A DNA stretch of 64,000 nucleotides from a virus. The position numbers and the translations under genes are program-made. Location of the stretch: positions 1-64,000 of IMG/VR virus record IMGVR_UViG_3300025401_000022. One strand, given 5' to 3'. The notes below the pieces were generated by a model. It was given only the letters and a program-made list of their open reading frames with translations. It searched no databases and was not told the origin of the DNA. Positions within the stretch are counted from its first letter, which is position 1; each line of letters opens with the position of its first letter. Below are positions 1-9,497 of the stretch, piece after piece.

Positions 1-133
1 TGGTAATACGGAAACAAGTAAAAGAAATAGAAATACTTAAAAGATGTATAGGCATTGAACCACAGAAGTAACTTATTGATTTATATAGCATTTACCAGTA
101 AAACTTAATTTTCTAAAAAGACAGGGAAAAACC

Positions 134-400
134 ATGGCATTAAAACTATCAGTAGCAACTCAATTTGGCGTACCAGCCCCACAAGCCTACGCTAGAATTA
201 CTAACTTTTTTGGCACAAAAGACAATATCCAAGTGCAAGTGGCAATTCACTACGACCAAGCCGCTAGAGAAGGCAATATGGCTACAGTCTTAGAACACGC
301 CCATTACATCGCTATTGAGGATTTAAAAGGCGACTTGATTCCTGCAATTTATGGTGTACTAAAGACTTTTAGCCAGTATAAAGATTCAGAGGACTGCTAA
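134..400 (+). CDS. Hypothetical tail-associated protein (homologue of 41677..41943)
   Basis: 88 aa; aligns ungapped with 41677..41943 (TQFGVPAP, YARITNF, AHYIA.EDLKGDLIPAIY); lies next to fibre genes. Confidence 0.75.
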   Translation: MALKLSVATQFGVPAPQAYARITNFFGTKDNIQVQVAIHYDQAAREGNMATVLEHAHYIAIEDLKGDLIPAIYGVLKTFSQYKDSEDC

Positions 401-661
401 ATGGCAATGAACCTTGACCAAACGGCAGATAAAATAACCCCTTCTACGGGGACATTAACTGTTGCAGGAACGCTTACAGGAACTACTGTAGTCGCTAATA
501 CTGTAGCTGTCGCTGATTCAAGCACTAATGCCAACTTTTATCCAACTTTGGTCAGCGCCACAGGTAGCAATCAAGCTTTAAATACTGTGTCATCTACGCT
601 AAAATACAATCCATCAACAGGAGCTTTAAGCACAGGCTCTATTATTTATATAGCACCATAG
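401..661 (+). CDS. Small tail-fibre-associated protein
   Basis: Thr/Ser-rich, 'LKYNPSTGAL' fibre-like motif; directly abuts the upstream gene. Confidence 0.55.
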   Translation: MAMNLDQTADKITPSTGTLTVAGTLTGTTVVANTVAVADSSTNANFYPTLVSATGSNQALNTVSSTLKYNPSTGALSTGSIIYIAP

Positions 662-670
662 GAAAAAATC

Positions 671-2449
671 ATGGGTCAATTAGTCTTTCAAGCAACAGCA
701 GGCGGCCAAGTAGCCTTAGTTGGCCCTAATCCGTCATCCAACTTTTCAATTAACGTACCAGCAGTAAACAGCACTTTAGCTACTTTAGCTGCTCAAACAT
801 TTGCAGGAACTCAAACATTTACAGTTGATGCTTCTATATCAGGTCTTACTGTTGGTAAAGGAACTGGTGCAGTTTCTAACAATACAGCTGTTGGTTCTGG
901 TGCTTTAGCTGGTTCAAATAGCGGAACTGGTGGTAATGCTGCTTTTGGTAATAATGCCCTTAATGCCAATACAACTGGTTATTCAAACATTGGTATTGGT
1001 AGCGCAAATGGAACTTACAATGGCGCACTTTACGCAAATACCACAGGAAATCAAAATATTGGTATTGGAACTGGTGCTTTAGTTGCCAATACAACAGCAA
1101 GTAATAATATTGGTATTGGTTATCAATCTCTTTATGCCAACACTACTGGCGCATCAAATATTGGTATTGGAACTGGCGCTTTGCAATTAAACACCACCGC
1201 ATCAAACAACACAGCAGTAGGGTATCAAGCTGGGTATACAAATAGCACAGGCGCTTATTTAACTGCAATAGGTTATCAATCCTTATATAGCAATACTGCA
1301 GCAGATAACACAGCAATTGGTTATCTTGCTTCTAACGCTAATACAACAGGCACATACAATGTGGCAGTTGGTGGAACTGCACTGCAATTAAACACTACAG
1401 GTTCTTACAATACAGCAGTTGGTAGGCAAGCGTTGTATGCAAATACAACAGCCTCTTTTAATACAGCAGTAGGAACTGTTGCATTGGGTGCAAACACTAC
1501 TGGTTCTTATAATGCCGCTTTAGGTTATGGTGCTCTTAATTCCAACACCACCGCATCTAACAACACCGCAGTAGGTTATCAAGCTGGTTATAGTGCAAAT
1601 ACACCTTCAAATGTGTTTATTGGTTATGTTGCTGGATATGCTGCAACTACAGGTGGAAATACCATTGTTGGTGCTTATGCTGGTCAAACTCCAACTGGAG
1701 GAAACAATACTTTAGTTGGATTTGGTTCTGGTAATGCTTTAACAACAGGAAGCCAAAATACATTTGTTGGTAGTGGTGTTTTAGGAGCTTCTTATGGTGC
1801 TGGTTCTGCTGTAACCACAGGAACAAAAAACACCATTCTTGGTGCTTATTCAGGCAATCAAGGCGGTCTAGACATCCGTACAGCAAGTAACTACATTGTG
1901 CTATCTGATGGTGATGGTAATCCTAGAGGTATTTTTGATAACAATGGAAACTTTTTAATTGGCAAAACATCAACTGCGGCTGGAACTATAGGAACACAAA
2001 TTCTTGCAACAGGTCAAATTATTTCAAGTGTTGCAACTGCTACTGGTGATACTCTTGATGTTTATAACACTACTGCAGGAGCTTATCGTTTTTATGTTGA
2101 TACTGGTGGAACAATTCATGCTACTTCAACAACAATTACCGCTATTTCTGACCAAAGACTTAAAGAAAATGTCCGTGATTTAGATGTTGGTTTAGCTGAA
2201 GTTATGGCTTTGCAACCACGCAGATTTGATTGGAAAGAAGGCAAAGGTTTAGATAAAAAAGACGATATTGGTTTTATTGCTCAAGAATTTGAAACAGTAT
2301 TTCCTAATTCAGTAACAACATCAAAGGCTGGAGAAGATGGCATAGAATACAAAGCCGTTAGCCAAAGCGAGTTAATTCCAACTCTCGTCAAAGCAATTCA
2401 AGAGCTTAAAGCAGAAGTAGATTCCCTTAAACAACAATTAGGAGCATAA
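671..2449 (+). CDS. Tail fibre/tailspike with C-terminal intramolecular chaperone (peptidase S74-like)
   Basis: Repeats of NTAVGYQAL.ANTTG; C-terminal SDQRLKENV...GFIAQE...LVKAIQEL autocleaving chaperone signature. Confidence 0.85.
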   Translation: MGQLVFQATAGGQVALVGPNPSSNFSINVPAVNSTLATLAAQTFAGTQTFTVDASISGLTVGKGTGAVSNNTAVGSGALAGSNSGTGGNAAFGNNALNANTTGYSNIGIGSANGTYNGALYANTTGNQNIGIGTGALVANTTASNNIGIGYQSLYANTTGASNIGIGTGALQLNTTASNNTAVGYQAGYTNSTGAYLTAIGYQSLYSNTAADNTAIGYLASNANTTGTYNVAVGGTALQLNTTGSYNTAVGRQALYANTTASFNTAVGTVALGANTTGSYNAALGYGALNSNTTASNNTAVGYQAGYSANTPSNVFIGYVAGYAATTGGNTIVGAYAGQTPTGGNNTLVGFGSGNALTTGSQNTFVGSGVLGASYGAGSAVTTGTKNTILGAYSGNQGGLDIRTASNYIVLSDGDGNPRGIFDNNGNFLIGKTSTAAGTIGTQILATGQIISSVATATGDTLDVYNTTAGAYRFYVDTGGTIHATSTTITAISDQRLKENVRDLDVGLAEVMALQPRRFDWKEGKGLDKKDDIGFIAQEFETVFPNSVTTSKAGEDGIEYKAVSQSELIPTLVKAIQELKAEVDSLKQQLGA

Positions 2450-2450
2450 A

Positions 2451-2774
2451 ATGGCAAATACATATACAACAACTATTACTAATATGTACACAGTTAGCAC
2501 ACCTGACCCTGATTATGTGGTTAATGTGCTCTTTACTGTATCTGGTACAGACGGCACTCATACCGCTTCTATTGACGGCAACATCCAATTTGCCCAAGAA
2601 GCTAAAGAGTCAGGGTTTATTCCTTACGCACAACTTACTCAAGCAGAAGTATTAAGCTGGATTAACGAATCAGGTCAAATTCCTAATTTAGAAGCTAATA
2701 TTGATGGTCAAATTGCTTCTATGGTAAACCCACCAGTAAGCCCACAAAACACTCCGCTTCCTTGGTCTGCATAA
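2451..2774 (+). CDS. Tail-fibre accessory protein
   Basis: Follows the fibre; F.PY..LT...VL.W and terminal PLPW motif; similar to the next ORF. Confidence 0.6.
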   Translation: MANTYTTTITNMYTVSTPDPDYVVNVLFTVSGTDGTHTASIDGNIQFAQEAKESGFIPYAQLTQAEVLSWINESGQIPNLEANIDGQIASMVNPPVSPQNTPLPWSA

Positions 2775-3079
2775 TGTTTACTTGGAAAATCCTAGAAGTT
2801 TCTGCAAAAGATAACGTGATTACTCATGCTCGTTATCATGTCACGGCTACACAAGACGATAAATCAGTAGAAACTGAGGGAAATTGGTATTTTGACTGCC
2901 CTACTGCTAAGATTCCATTTGATGAAGTAACAGAAGAAATGGTTGCAAAATGGATTGAAAAAGAGGCAGTAAAAGATGGTCAATGCCATATTACTGCTAG
3001 ACTACAAGAACAATTAGAAGCATTAGAAGATAAAGTAATTCCTCCTTGGCAACCTCAAGTATTTACACCAGGACAATAA
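2774..3079 (+). CDS. Tail-fibre accessory protein (paralogue of previous ORF)
   Basis: IPFDEVTEEMVAKW...IPPW; ATG at 2774 overlaps the upstream stop. Confidence 0.6.
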   Translation: MFTWKILEVSAKDNVITHARYHVTATQDDKSVETEGNWYFDCPTAKIPFDEVTEEMVAKWIEKEAVKDGQCHITARLQEQLEALEDKVIPPWQPQVFTPGQ

Positions 3080-3080
3080 A

Positions 3081-4070
3081 ATGACTCAGCCAATCGACAT
3101 CATTTCTCGTGCTTTAAAAGATATTGGCGCATTAGAAGCAGGTGAGACTCCAACACCGGATGCTGCTGCCGATGCCTTTGATATGCTAAATGACCTTATA
3201 GACCAATGGTCTAACGAGGACATGATGGTGTATAACACCACTGAGATTATTTTTCCTTTGATTTCAGGTCAGGTGCAATATACGATTGGCCCAAATCCTT
3301 CTACTGCTAACTTTATTGGCGCAGTTTTTACAGGCTCAATTCAAGGCAACATTCTGACTGTAACTAGCCTTACAAGCGGTGCTATTGCTCAAGGACAGAC
3401 CTTAAGCGGAACAAGCATATTGCCTGGAACTCAAATTGTGCAGTTTTTAACTGGCGCAGGCGGTCAAGTAAACGAAACCGGAACTTACCAGCTAAATATT
3501 AACTACACCACCGCTATTTCATCTGAAACTTTAACTGCCTACTATCAAAAGCCATTATTTATTGACCAAGCCTATGTAAGGGTAAACACTCAGTCTAATG
3601 GTCAAGCAGTGCAAAATGGCGGTCTAGACTATCCTGTAGCGGTTTTAGCTTTAGAAAACTACAACCAAATCGGTTTAAAGACTTTGAATGGCCCTTGGCC
3701 TAAAGCGCTTTATTACAATCCAAACGCTATTTCAGGCAACCTATTTGTATGGCCTAATCCTAGCCAAGGTGAGATGCATATGTTCTCATCTACTATCTTT
3801 AGCAACTATACAAGCCTTAATGACAATATTGTGCTTCCACAAGGATATTCTATGGCGCTTAGGTGGAACTTAGCCGAGAGATTGATGCCAATGTATGGCA
3901 AGGCTTCACAGACCCAAATAGCGATGATTTCAGCCTATGCTGCTCAATCTAAATCGACTATTAAACGTAATAATATGCAACCAATAGCTGCTGCAGGTTA
4001 TCCTGATTCTATGTTGGTTGGCAGAGCAAAAGATGCAGGTTGGATATTATCAGGTGGTTTCTTTAGATAA
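3081..4070 (+). CDS. Head-tail adaptor, P22 gp4-like, with inserted beta domain
   Basis: DIISRALKDIG...DAFDMLNDLIDQW N-terminus; WPNP...LPQGY..AL.WNLA.RL C-terminus; precedes a gp10-like gene. Confidence 0.7.
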   Translation: MTQPIDIISRALKDIGALEAGETPTPDAAADAFDMLNDLIDQWSNEDMMVYNTTEIIFPLISGQVQYTIGPNPSTANFIGAVFTGSIQGNILTVTSLTSGAIAQGQTLSGTSILPGTQIVQFLTGAGGQVNETGTYQLNINYTTAISSETLTAYYQKPLFIDQAYVRVNTQSNGQAVQNGGLDYPVAVLALENYNQIGLKTLNGPWPKALYYNPNAISGNLFVWPNPSQGEMHMFSSTIFSNYTSLNDNIVLPQGYSMALRWNLAERLMPMYGKASQTQIAMISAYAAQSKSTIKRNNMQPIAAAGYPDSMLVGRAKDAGWILSGGFFR

Positions 4071-4078
4071 GGTTAAAA

Positions 4079-6052
4079 ATGGCAGACTTTGGATTCATTG
4101 GGCCATCTTACGAAGCACCCTCGATTTATCAGGATGCTCAAGAGTGCATCAATTTTCGACCTGAGATTGACCCTTTAAAGTTGCCTGGTCAAAGGGGCAT
4201 TGTTGCGCTTTATCCAACACCAGGGCTAACCACCCAAGTTGTATTGCCAAACACCCAAGAAGTGCGTGGAATGCGTACTGTTAGCGGTGGAAATCAATTG
4301 GTGGCGGTTTGTGGCCCTTATGTCTATGTTTTATCCTCAAATCTAACTCCTACTATTATTGGGCAGTTAAATACCAGCACAGGTCGTGTCGGCATTACAG
4401 ACAACGGAGTAAACGTTTATATTGTTGATGGCGCTTATCGTTATACATGGCGCATTAATAATCCTACAGCTGCGACTATTCAAGGCTCTATTTCCGGCAC
4501 AACATTAACTGTAAGCCGTACTTATTCAGGCACTTTGGCTATTGGTCAAGCATTGTATGGCATCGGTCTAAGCAATGAAACTGTTATTTTGTCAGGTTCA
4601 GGCACTACTTGGACATTAAATAAAAGCCAAACTGTAACTTCTACGCAAATTTACGCTTCAAACACTATTTCTTTTCAAGGTGCAATTGCTGACGTAACAG
4701 TCAGTAGCGTTGTTTACCATCAATTAACTGTAAGCCCACCTGTTACTCTTTATCTTGGTCAAACTATTGTTGGCTCAGGAGTATCCGATGGCACAATTAT
4801 TACTCAGATTGTGACTGCTAGTTCTCAATACTATATTAACAAGGCTTACACTATTAGTTCAGAGCAAATGTATGCCTTGAACTTTACTGTAATACCCAAT
4901 ACCGATGGCGCTTTTACAGGCGCAGACGTTGTAGATACTGTAGATAATTACTTTGTTTATAACGACCCTAATACTCAAATATTTGCTTCTTCTGATGCCC
5001 TAAGCCCTATTACTCAGCCTTTGAGTTTTGGCTCTAAAGATGGCTCACCGGATAACCTTGTGTCCTTAATCGTAGACCATCGTGAAGTCTATTTATTGGG
5101 TGAAAACTCCAGCGAAGTATGGACTGACGTAGGCACGTTTCCATTTCCTTTCCAAAGAATTCCTGGCACTTCAACACAGCATGGTATTGTTGCCAAGTTT
5201 TCAGTAGCTCGTGTTGGTAACTCATTTGCTTATGTAAGTCGTAATATTCGTGGTCAAGCCCAAATTATGATGATGCAAGGCTACACACCAACTCGTATCT
5301 CAACCCATGCGGTAGAGAATACTTTGGTCAATCAATATGTGGGCGATGCTGTAGCTTGGACTTATCAGTTAGAAGGTCACGAAGTTTATGTGGTGTCTTT
5401 CCCATCTTTAGACTTAACTTGGGCTTACGACAATACCAGCCAAATGTGGCATAAATGGCTGTGGGTAGACAATAACAACGTTTACCATCGTCATCGTGGC
5501 AATTGCCTAGCTTTATTCCAAGGCATGGTTCTTGTAGGCGATTGGCAAAATGGAAAGATTTACGAGCTAGACCCTAATAATTACACTGATGATGGCGATG
5601 AAATACGTAGGCTTCGTAGATGCCCTCATTTGGTTGAAGATTTACAAAGAGAGTATTTTGACGAATTACAGCTTCAGTTCCAGCCAGGTGTTGGTATTGG
5701 TGGAACTTTTACAAATACAAACGTTTATTTAGGCAATACTTATACGATTGGCGCAAGCCAAATAGCGACTATTCCACCCTTGGGAATCTATGTGATTGGA
5801 AACCAAGAAAACGTGGACAATACGACCCCTTACACCAATCCAAGGGCTATGCTTCGCTGGTCTAATGATGGTGGCTCTACTTGGAGTAAAGAATATTGGA
5901 TTCCTATTGGTCAGCAAGGTAAATACAAGAATCGTGCTATTTGGCGCAGATTAGGTATGGCTCGTGACCGAGTATTTGAAGTGGTAATTACCGACCCTGT
6001 AAAAGCGGTTATTGTTTCTGCAAACCTAAAAGCCTCTGTAGGAGAGAACTAA
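4079..6052 (+). CDS. Packaged-DNA stabilization protein / tail hub, P22 gp10-like
   Basis: LYPTPGL, DGSPDNLV, LRWSNDGGSTWS, WRRLGMARDRVFEV motifs. Confidence 0.8.
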   Translation: MADFGFIGPSYEAPSIYQDAQECINFRPEIDPLKLPGQRGIVALYPTPGLTTQVVLPNTQEVRGMRTVSGGNQLVAVCGPYVYVLSSNLTPTIIGQLNTSTGRVGITDNGVNVYIVDGAYRYTWRINNPTAATIQGSISGTTLTVSRTYSGTLAIGQALYGIGLSNETVILSGSGTTWTLNKSQTVTSTQIYASNTISFQGAIADVTVSSVVYHQLTVSPPVTLYLGQTIVGSGVSDGTIITQIVTASSQYYINKAYTISSEQMYALNFTVIPNTDGAFTGADVVDTVDNYFVYNDPNTQIFASSDALSPITQPLSFGSKDGSPDNLVSLIVDHREVYLLGENSSEVWTDVGTFPFPFQRIPGTSTQHGIVAKFSVARVGNSFAYVSRNIRGQAQIMMMQGYTPTRISTHAVENTLVNQYVGDAVAWTYQLEGHEVYVVSFPSLDLTWAYDNTSQMWHKWLWVDNNNVYHRHRGNCLALFQGMVLVGDWQNGKIYELDPNNYTDDGDEIRRLRRCPHLVEDLQREYFDELQLQFQPGVGIGGTFTNTNVYLGNTYTIGASQIATIPPLGIYVIGNQENVDNTTPYTNPRAMLRWSNDGGSTWSKEYWIPIGQQGKYKNRAIWRRLGMARDRVFEVVITDPVKAVIVSANLKASVGEN

Positions 6053-6288
6053 TGTCAAACGGATTATGGTCTACCTCGCAAAACAACCCTTATCCGCAGT
6101 CCGAATTTTTGGATGCCACGACTAAAAGGCCGACTCGTGCATGGCAACAATTCTTTTTAAATTTGCTGAACTTTACTTCTGCCACTTCCGCTACAGCAGG
6201 GTCGGCTAGTTTGCCAGCTAACCCTGTGGGCTTTATTAATGTGACTGTTAATGGTAAAAAATACAAAGTTCCCTATTATAATGTTTAG
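6052..6288 (+). CDS. Small virion protein
   Basis: Coupled to the gp10-like gene; PTRAWQQFF motif. Confidence 0.55.
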   Translation: MSNGLWSTSQNNPYPQSEFLDATTKRPTRAWQQFFLNLLNFTSATSATAGSASLPANPVGFINVTVNGKKYKVPYYNV

Positions 6289-6290
6289 TA

Positions 6291-6698
6291 ATGATACTCA
6301 AACGAATAATGCCAGACGAAGTGGCTCAAAAGTGGTCACAAGTATCTGATTTTATTGAAAAAGCTCTAGTGTATGCAGATGGTGATTATACGATTGACCA
6401 AGTAAGATTAGCAGTAGTTAGTAATCAATGGTTACTAATAGGAGTGTATGAAGGTGAGTTTATTAAAGGTGCTTTAACAGTTTCATTTATAAATATGCCT
6501 AACGACAGAATTGGTTTTGTAACTGCAATAAGTGGCAAAAACATCTTTACTAAAAACACTTACAAGCAATTAGTTGATATTTTGAAACAATTTGGAGCAA
6601 CCAAAATACAAGGTGGAGTTCGAGAATCCATTGCTAGATTATGGCGAAGAGTAGGGTTTAAAGAACGATACATTCTTGTGGAGAACGATATATGTTAA
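6291..6698 (+). CDS. Possible GNAT-fold protein (position of P22 gp14)
   Basis: 135 aa before the first ejection gene; ARLWRRVGF resembles the GNAT C-terminal motif. Confidence 0.45.
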   Translation: MILKRIMPDEVAQKWSQVSDFIEKALVYADGDYTIDQVRLAVVSNQWLLIGVYEGEFIKGALTVSFINMPNDRIGFVTAISGKNIFTKNTYKQLVDILKQFGATKIQGGVRESIARLWRRVGFKERYILVENDIC

Positions 6699-8095
6699 AA
6701 AGCAAGCATTCCGGTTGGACTTGGGATTTAAAAAGAACTCCTTTTAGTGGCGGTGGCGGTGGCTTCATTTCATCTATTACAGACCCTATTTCTAGCGCAC
6801 TAGGCACAGATGGTGGCGGTGGCGGTTTATTAGGCGGTCTTGCTCAAGTTGATAAAGCTGTAAATAATGCTATTCCTGGCGGTTGGATTACTGTTGGTGG
6901 TCTTGCTGCAGGTGGCGCTGCTTTGGCTTATGCCCCTGAAGTTATGGCTTTGGCTTCCTCATCAGGAATTGCCCCTGAAGCTGCTGCAGTTGAACTTGGT
7001 ATTGCACCAGTTGACGCTGCGACAGGCGCTACTGTTCCTTTGTCAGACTTAGGCGCAACAGGCGCAGCAGCAGGAAGTGCAGCCACAGGCGGTGTTGCTG
7101 TAGATGCAGCAGGTTTGCCAATAGCTGCTGACACAGGGGTAGCAGGTGGCACAGGTTTAACAGGCGGTGCAGGCGCAACAGGATTAACTATCGGTGGCAC
7201 AGTAGGCTCTTTAACAGCCCCTTCAGCTGCTGCAATTGATGCCTCAGCAGGTCTTGCACCAGCTTCAGGTAGCGCACTAGTTGGAACATCATCAGGTTTG
7301 GCAGCGCCAACAGCTGCAGCAGCAGGTGGCGGTAGCTTATTAGGCAGTCTTGGTGGTGGCGGTCTTGGAACAGCTTTAGGTGTAACCGCAGGCGCTAATG
7401 CACTAGGCAGTTTATTAGGCGCAAACGCTTCAAACAAAGCAGCGCAGATTCAAGCTAATGCTGCAAACAATGCATCGCAATTAACTGCAGCAATGTTTAA
7501 CGTGCAAAACCAGCAACAGCAACCATATAGAAGCTCAGGATATAACGCATTAAATCAAATTGGCGCATTATCTGCAGGGCCATATACTCAGTACGATGCT
7601 TCCGGTAATCCTGTAGGAACAGGCACAGGCTCAGGCTATTTAACGCATCAATTTAATGCTCAAGACTTAAATGCTAATTTATCGCCTGGCTATGCTTTCC
7701 AATCAGAACAAGGTCAACGTGCCAACTTAAACGCTGCTAATGCTTTGGGCGGCAGAGTTGGCGGTAATACATTACAAGGTTTGCAGAACTATACCCAAGG
7801 TCTTGCTTCTACTAGCTATCAAAATGCCTTTAATAACTATCAAGCGCAACGTCAAAATATTTATAACACTTTGGCAGGTATTGCTGGTATTGGTCAAACA
7901 TCACAGCAACAAACAGGCAATTTGGCGCAAAACGCTGCAACCACTCAAGCTCAGCTTGGTGTTGGCGGTGCTGCTGCACAAGCTGCAGGTCAAACAGGTG
8001 TGGCAAGCGCATTAACTGGTGGCGCAACAGGCGTGGCAAACAACCTTCTATTGGCTAGTTTATTAGGCCAAAACCAAAGCGCAGCAGGAGCTTAA
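6692..8095 (+). CDS. DNA ejection protein, P22 gp7-like
   Basis: Gly/Ala-rich; SPGYAFQ..QGQRA...G.TLQGLQNY.QGLAS..YQNAF motif; synteny. Confidence 0.7.
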   Translation: MLKSKHSGWTWDLKRTPFSGGGGGFISSITDPISSALGTDGGGGGLLGGLAQVDKAVNNAIPGGWITVGGLAAGGAALAYAPEVMALASSSGIAPEAAAVELGIAPVDAATGATVPLSDLGATGAAAGSAATGGVAVDAAGLPIAADTGVAGGTGLTGGAGATGLTIGGTVGSLTAPSAAAIDASAGLAPASGSALVGTSSGLAAPTAAAAGGGSLLGSLGGGGLGTALGVTAGANALGSLLGANASNKAAQIQANAANNASQLTAAMFNVQNQQQQPYRSSGYNALNQIGALSAGPYTQYDASGNPVGTGTGSGYLTHQFNAQDLNANLSPGYAFQSEQGQRANLNAANALGGRVGGNTLQGLQNYTQGLASTSYQNAFNNYQAQRQNIYNTLAGIAGIGQTSQQQTGNLAQNAATTQAQLGVGGAAAQAAGQTGVASALTGGATGVANNLLLASLLGQNQSAAGA

Positions 8096-8096
8096 T

Positions 8097-9494
8097 ATGG
8101 CAAGTTTTAACTTTAATACTGATTTAACAGTTAAACCACAGGAATATGGAACTGGTTTAGGTGACATTATTAACATGGCTCGTGGTGTGCAAGCTTATCA
8201 ACAAGCACAACAAATTAATCCATTAGAAGTGCAACAAAAAAAAGCAGAAGTAGATGCAAAAAAATTAGGATTGCTTAGGGCTAGGTCAGAAAATATTGTG
8301 CAAAATATTCAAGATTTATTGCAAAAAGATGATTTGACTTACGATGACATTTATAAAAAAGCTAGTGAAATTAATGCTAATGCTGGTGGAGATGAAAATT
8401 CTTTAAAACAAGTAATGGCTTCTTTTAACCCTAAAAGTAGTCCCACACAACATAAAGCTTCTTTAGCTCAAGCATTAGCTAAAAATTTAACATCGCAAGC
8501 ACAATTAGAAAAACTTTATCCTTCTGTTCAACTAGAAGATATTGGCGGTCAAAAAGTTTCTATTGCACAAGGAAATCCATTGTTGGCAGCAGAGCAACCA
8601 GGTGTGCCAACTGGGCCATATTTGCAAAAATCTCTTGCTCCTCAAGTTGCTACAAGTCCTACAGGGGGGCCTATGCAATTTGGGGGTGGTGGTATTCCAC
8701 AAGCAGGAAATTTAAATAATAGACCTGTTTTAGTTCAAACTGCACCTGCTATGGGTGGTCAAGCAAATATGCAACCAACTGCAGGTGGTGTAACACCACA
8801 ACAAATGAGCCAACCAAAATCTGCATCAGGGCCAATCCCATATATGCAAGGTGAAACTTATGACTCTTACAAAGACCGAGTTGCTAAAGTTCAAAAAAGT
8901 GTAGGACAAGCTGCTGAAGATTTGAAAACGTCAAACGCTAATTCTGTAACTAATGCAAGATATACAAATGAACAAATTTTAAAAGCTTTGGACAACAAAG
9001 ACGTTAGAGTTGGGCCTTTAATGCAAGCAATAGCAAATAAAACTGAAGGTTTAAATTTAACTGCTGATGAACAGTATGTAAAAAAACTGCTTGAACAAAG
9101 AATCCAGCAACAACAATCAAGAAGTAATATTGACCAAATTTCAAAAGAAATAGCAAGTGGAAATTTTGGAAATAGCAAAGACACAATTCGTAGCGTATTG
9201 TTTAAAGATAATGGAAATTTAACAGCCCAAGAATTGCAAGCTAAAGGCATATTAAACAAAGCAGGAAATGTTAATAAACCAAATTTAGCTGGTGTAAATG
9301 AATTTCAAAATAATTTTGCTTTGAAATCTGACCCTGAAGTAATGCATTTAATGGGTGTTATTGGTGATAAACCATTAAATCAATTAACTAAAGCAGAAAT
9401 TAGCCATTTACAAAAAGAATTTAAAGGCAAATCTTTGGCTGAAATAGATGCTTTAATGAAAAAACGGCAAGAACTTATTGATTCAATAAGGTAA
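8097..9494 (+). CDS. Putative DNA ejection protein
   Basis: Synteny after the gp7-like gene; Gln-rich helical composition. Confidence 0.5.
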   Translation: MASFNFNTDLTVKPQEYGTGLGDIINMARGVQAYQQAQQINPLEVQQKKAEVDAKKLGLLRARSENIVQNIQDLLQKDDLTYDDIYKKASEINANAGGDENSLKQVMASFNPKSSPTQHKASLAQALAKNLTSQAQLEKLYPSVQLEDIGGQKVSIAQGNPLLAAEQPGVPTGPYLQKSLAPQVATSPTGGPMQFGGGGIPQAGNLNNRPVLVQTAPAMGGQANMQPTAGGVTPQQMSQPKSASGPIPYMQGETYDSYKDRVAKVQKSVGQAAEDLKTSNANSVTNARYTNEQILKALDNKDVRVGPLMQAIANKTEGLNLTADEQYVKKLLEQRIQQQQSRSNIDQISKEIASGNFGNSKDTIRSVLFKDNGNLTAQELQAKGILNKAGNVNKPNLAGVNEFQNNFALKSDPEVMHLMGVIGDKPLNQLTKAEISHLQKEFKGKSLAEIDALMKKRQELIDSIR

Positions 9495-9497
9495 AAA

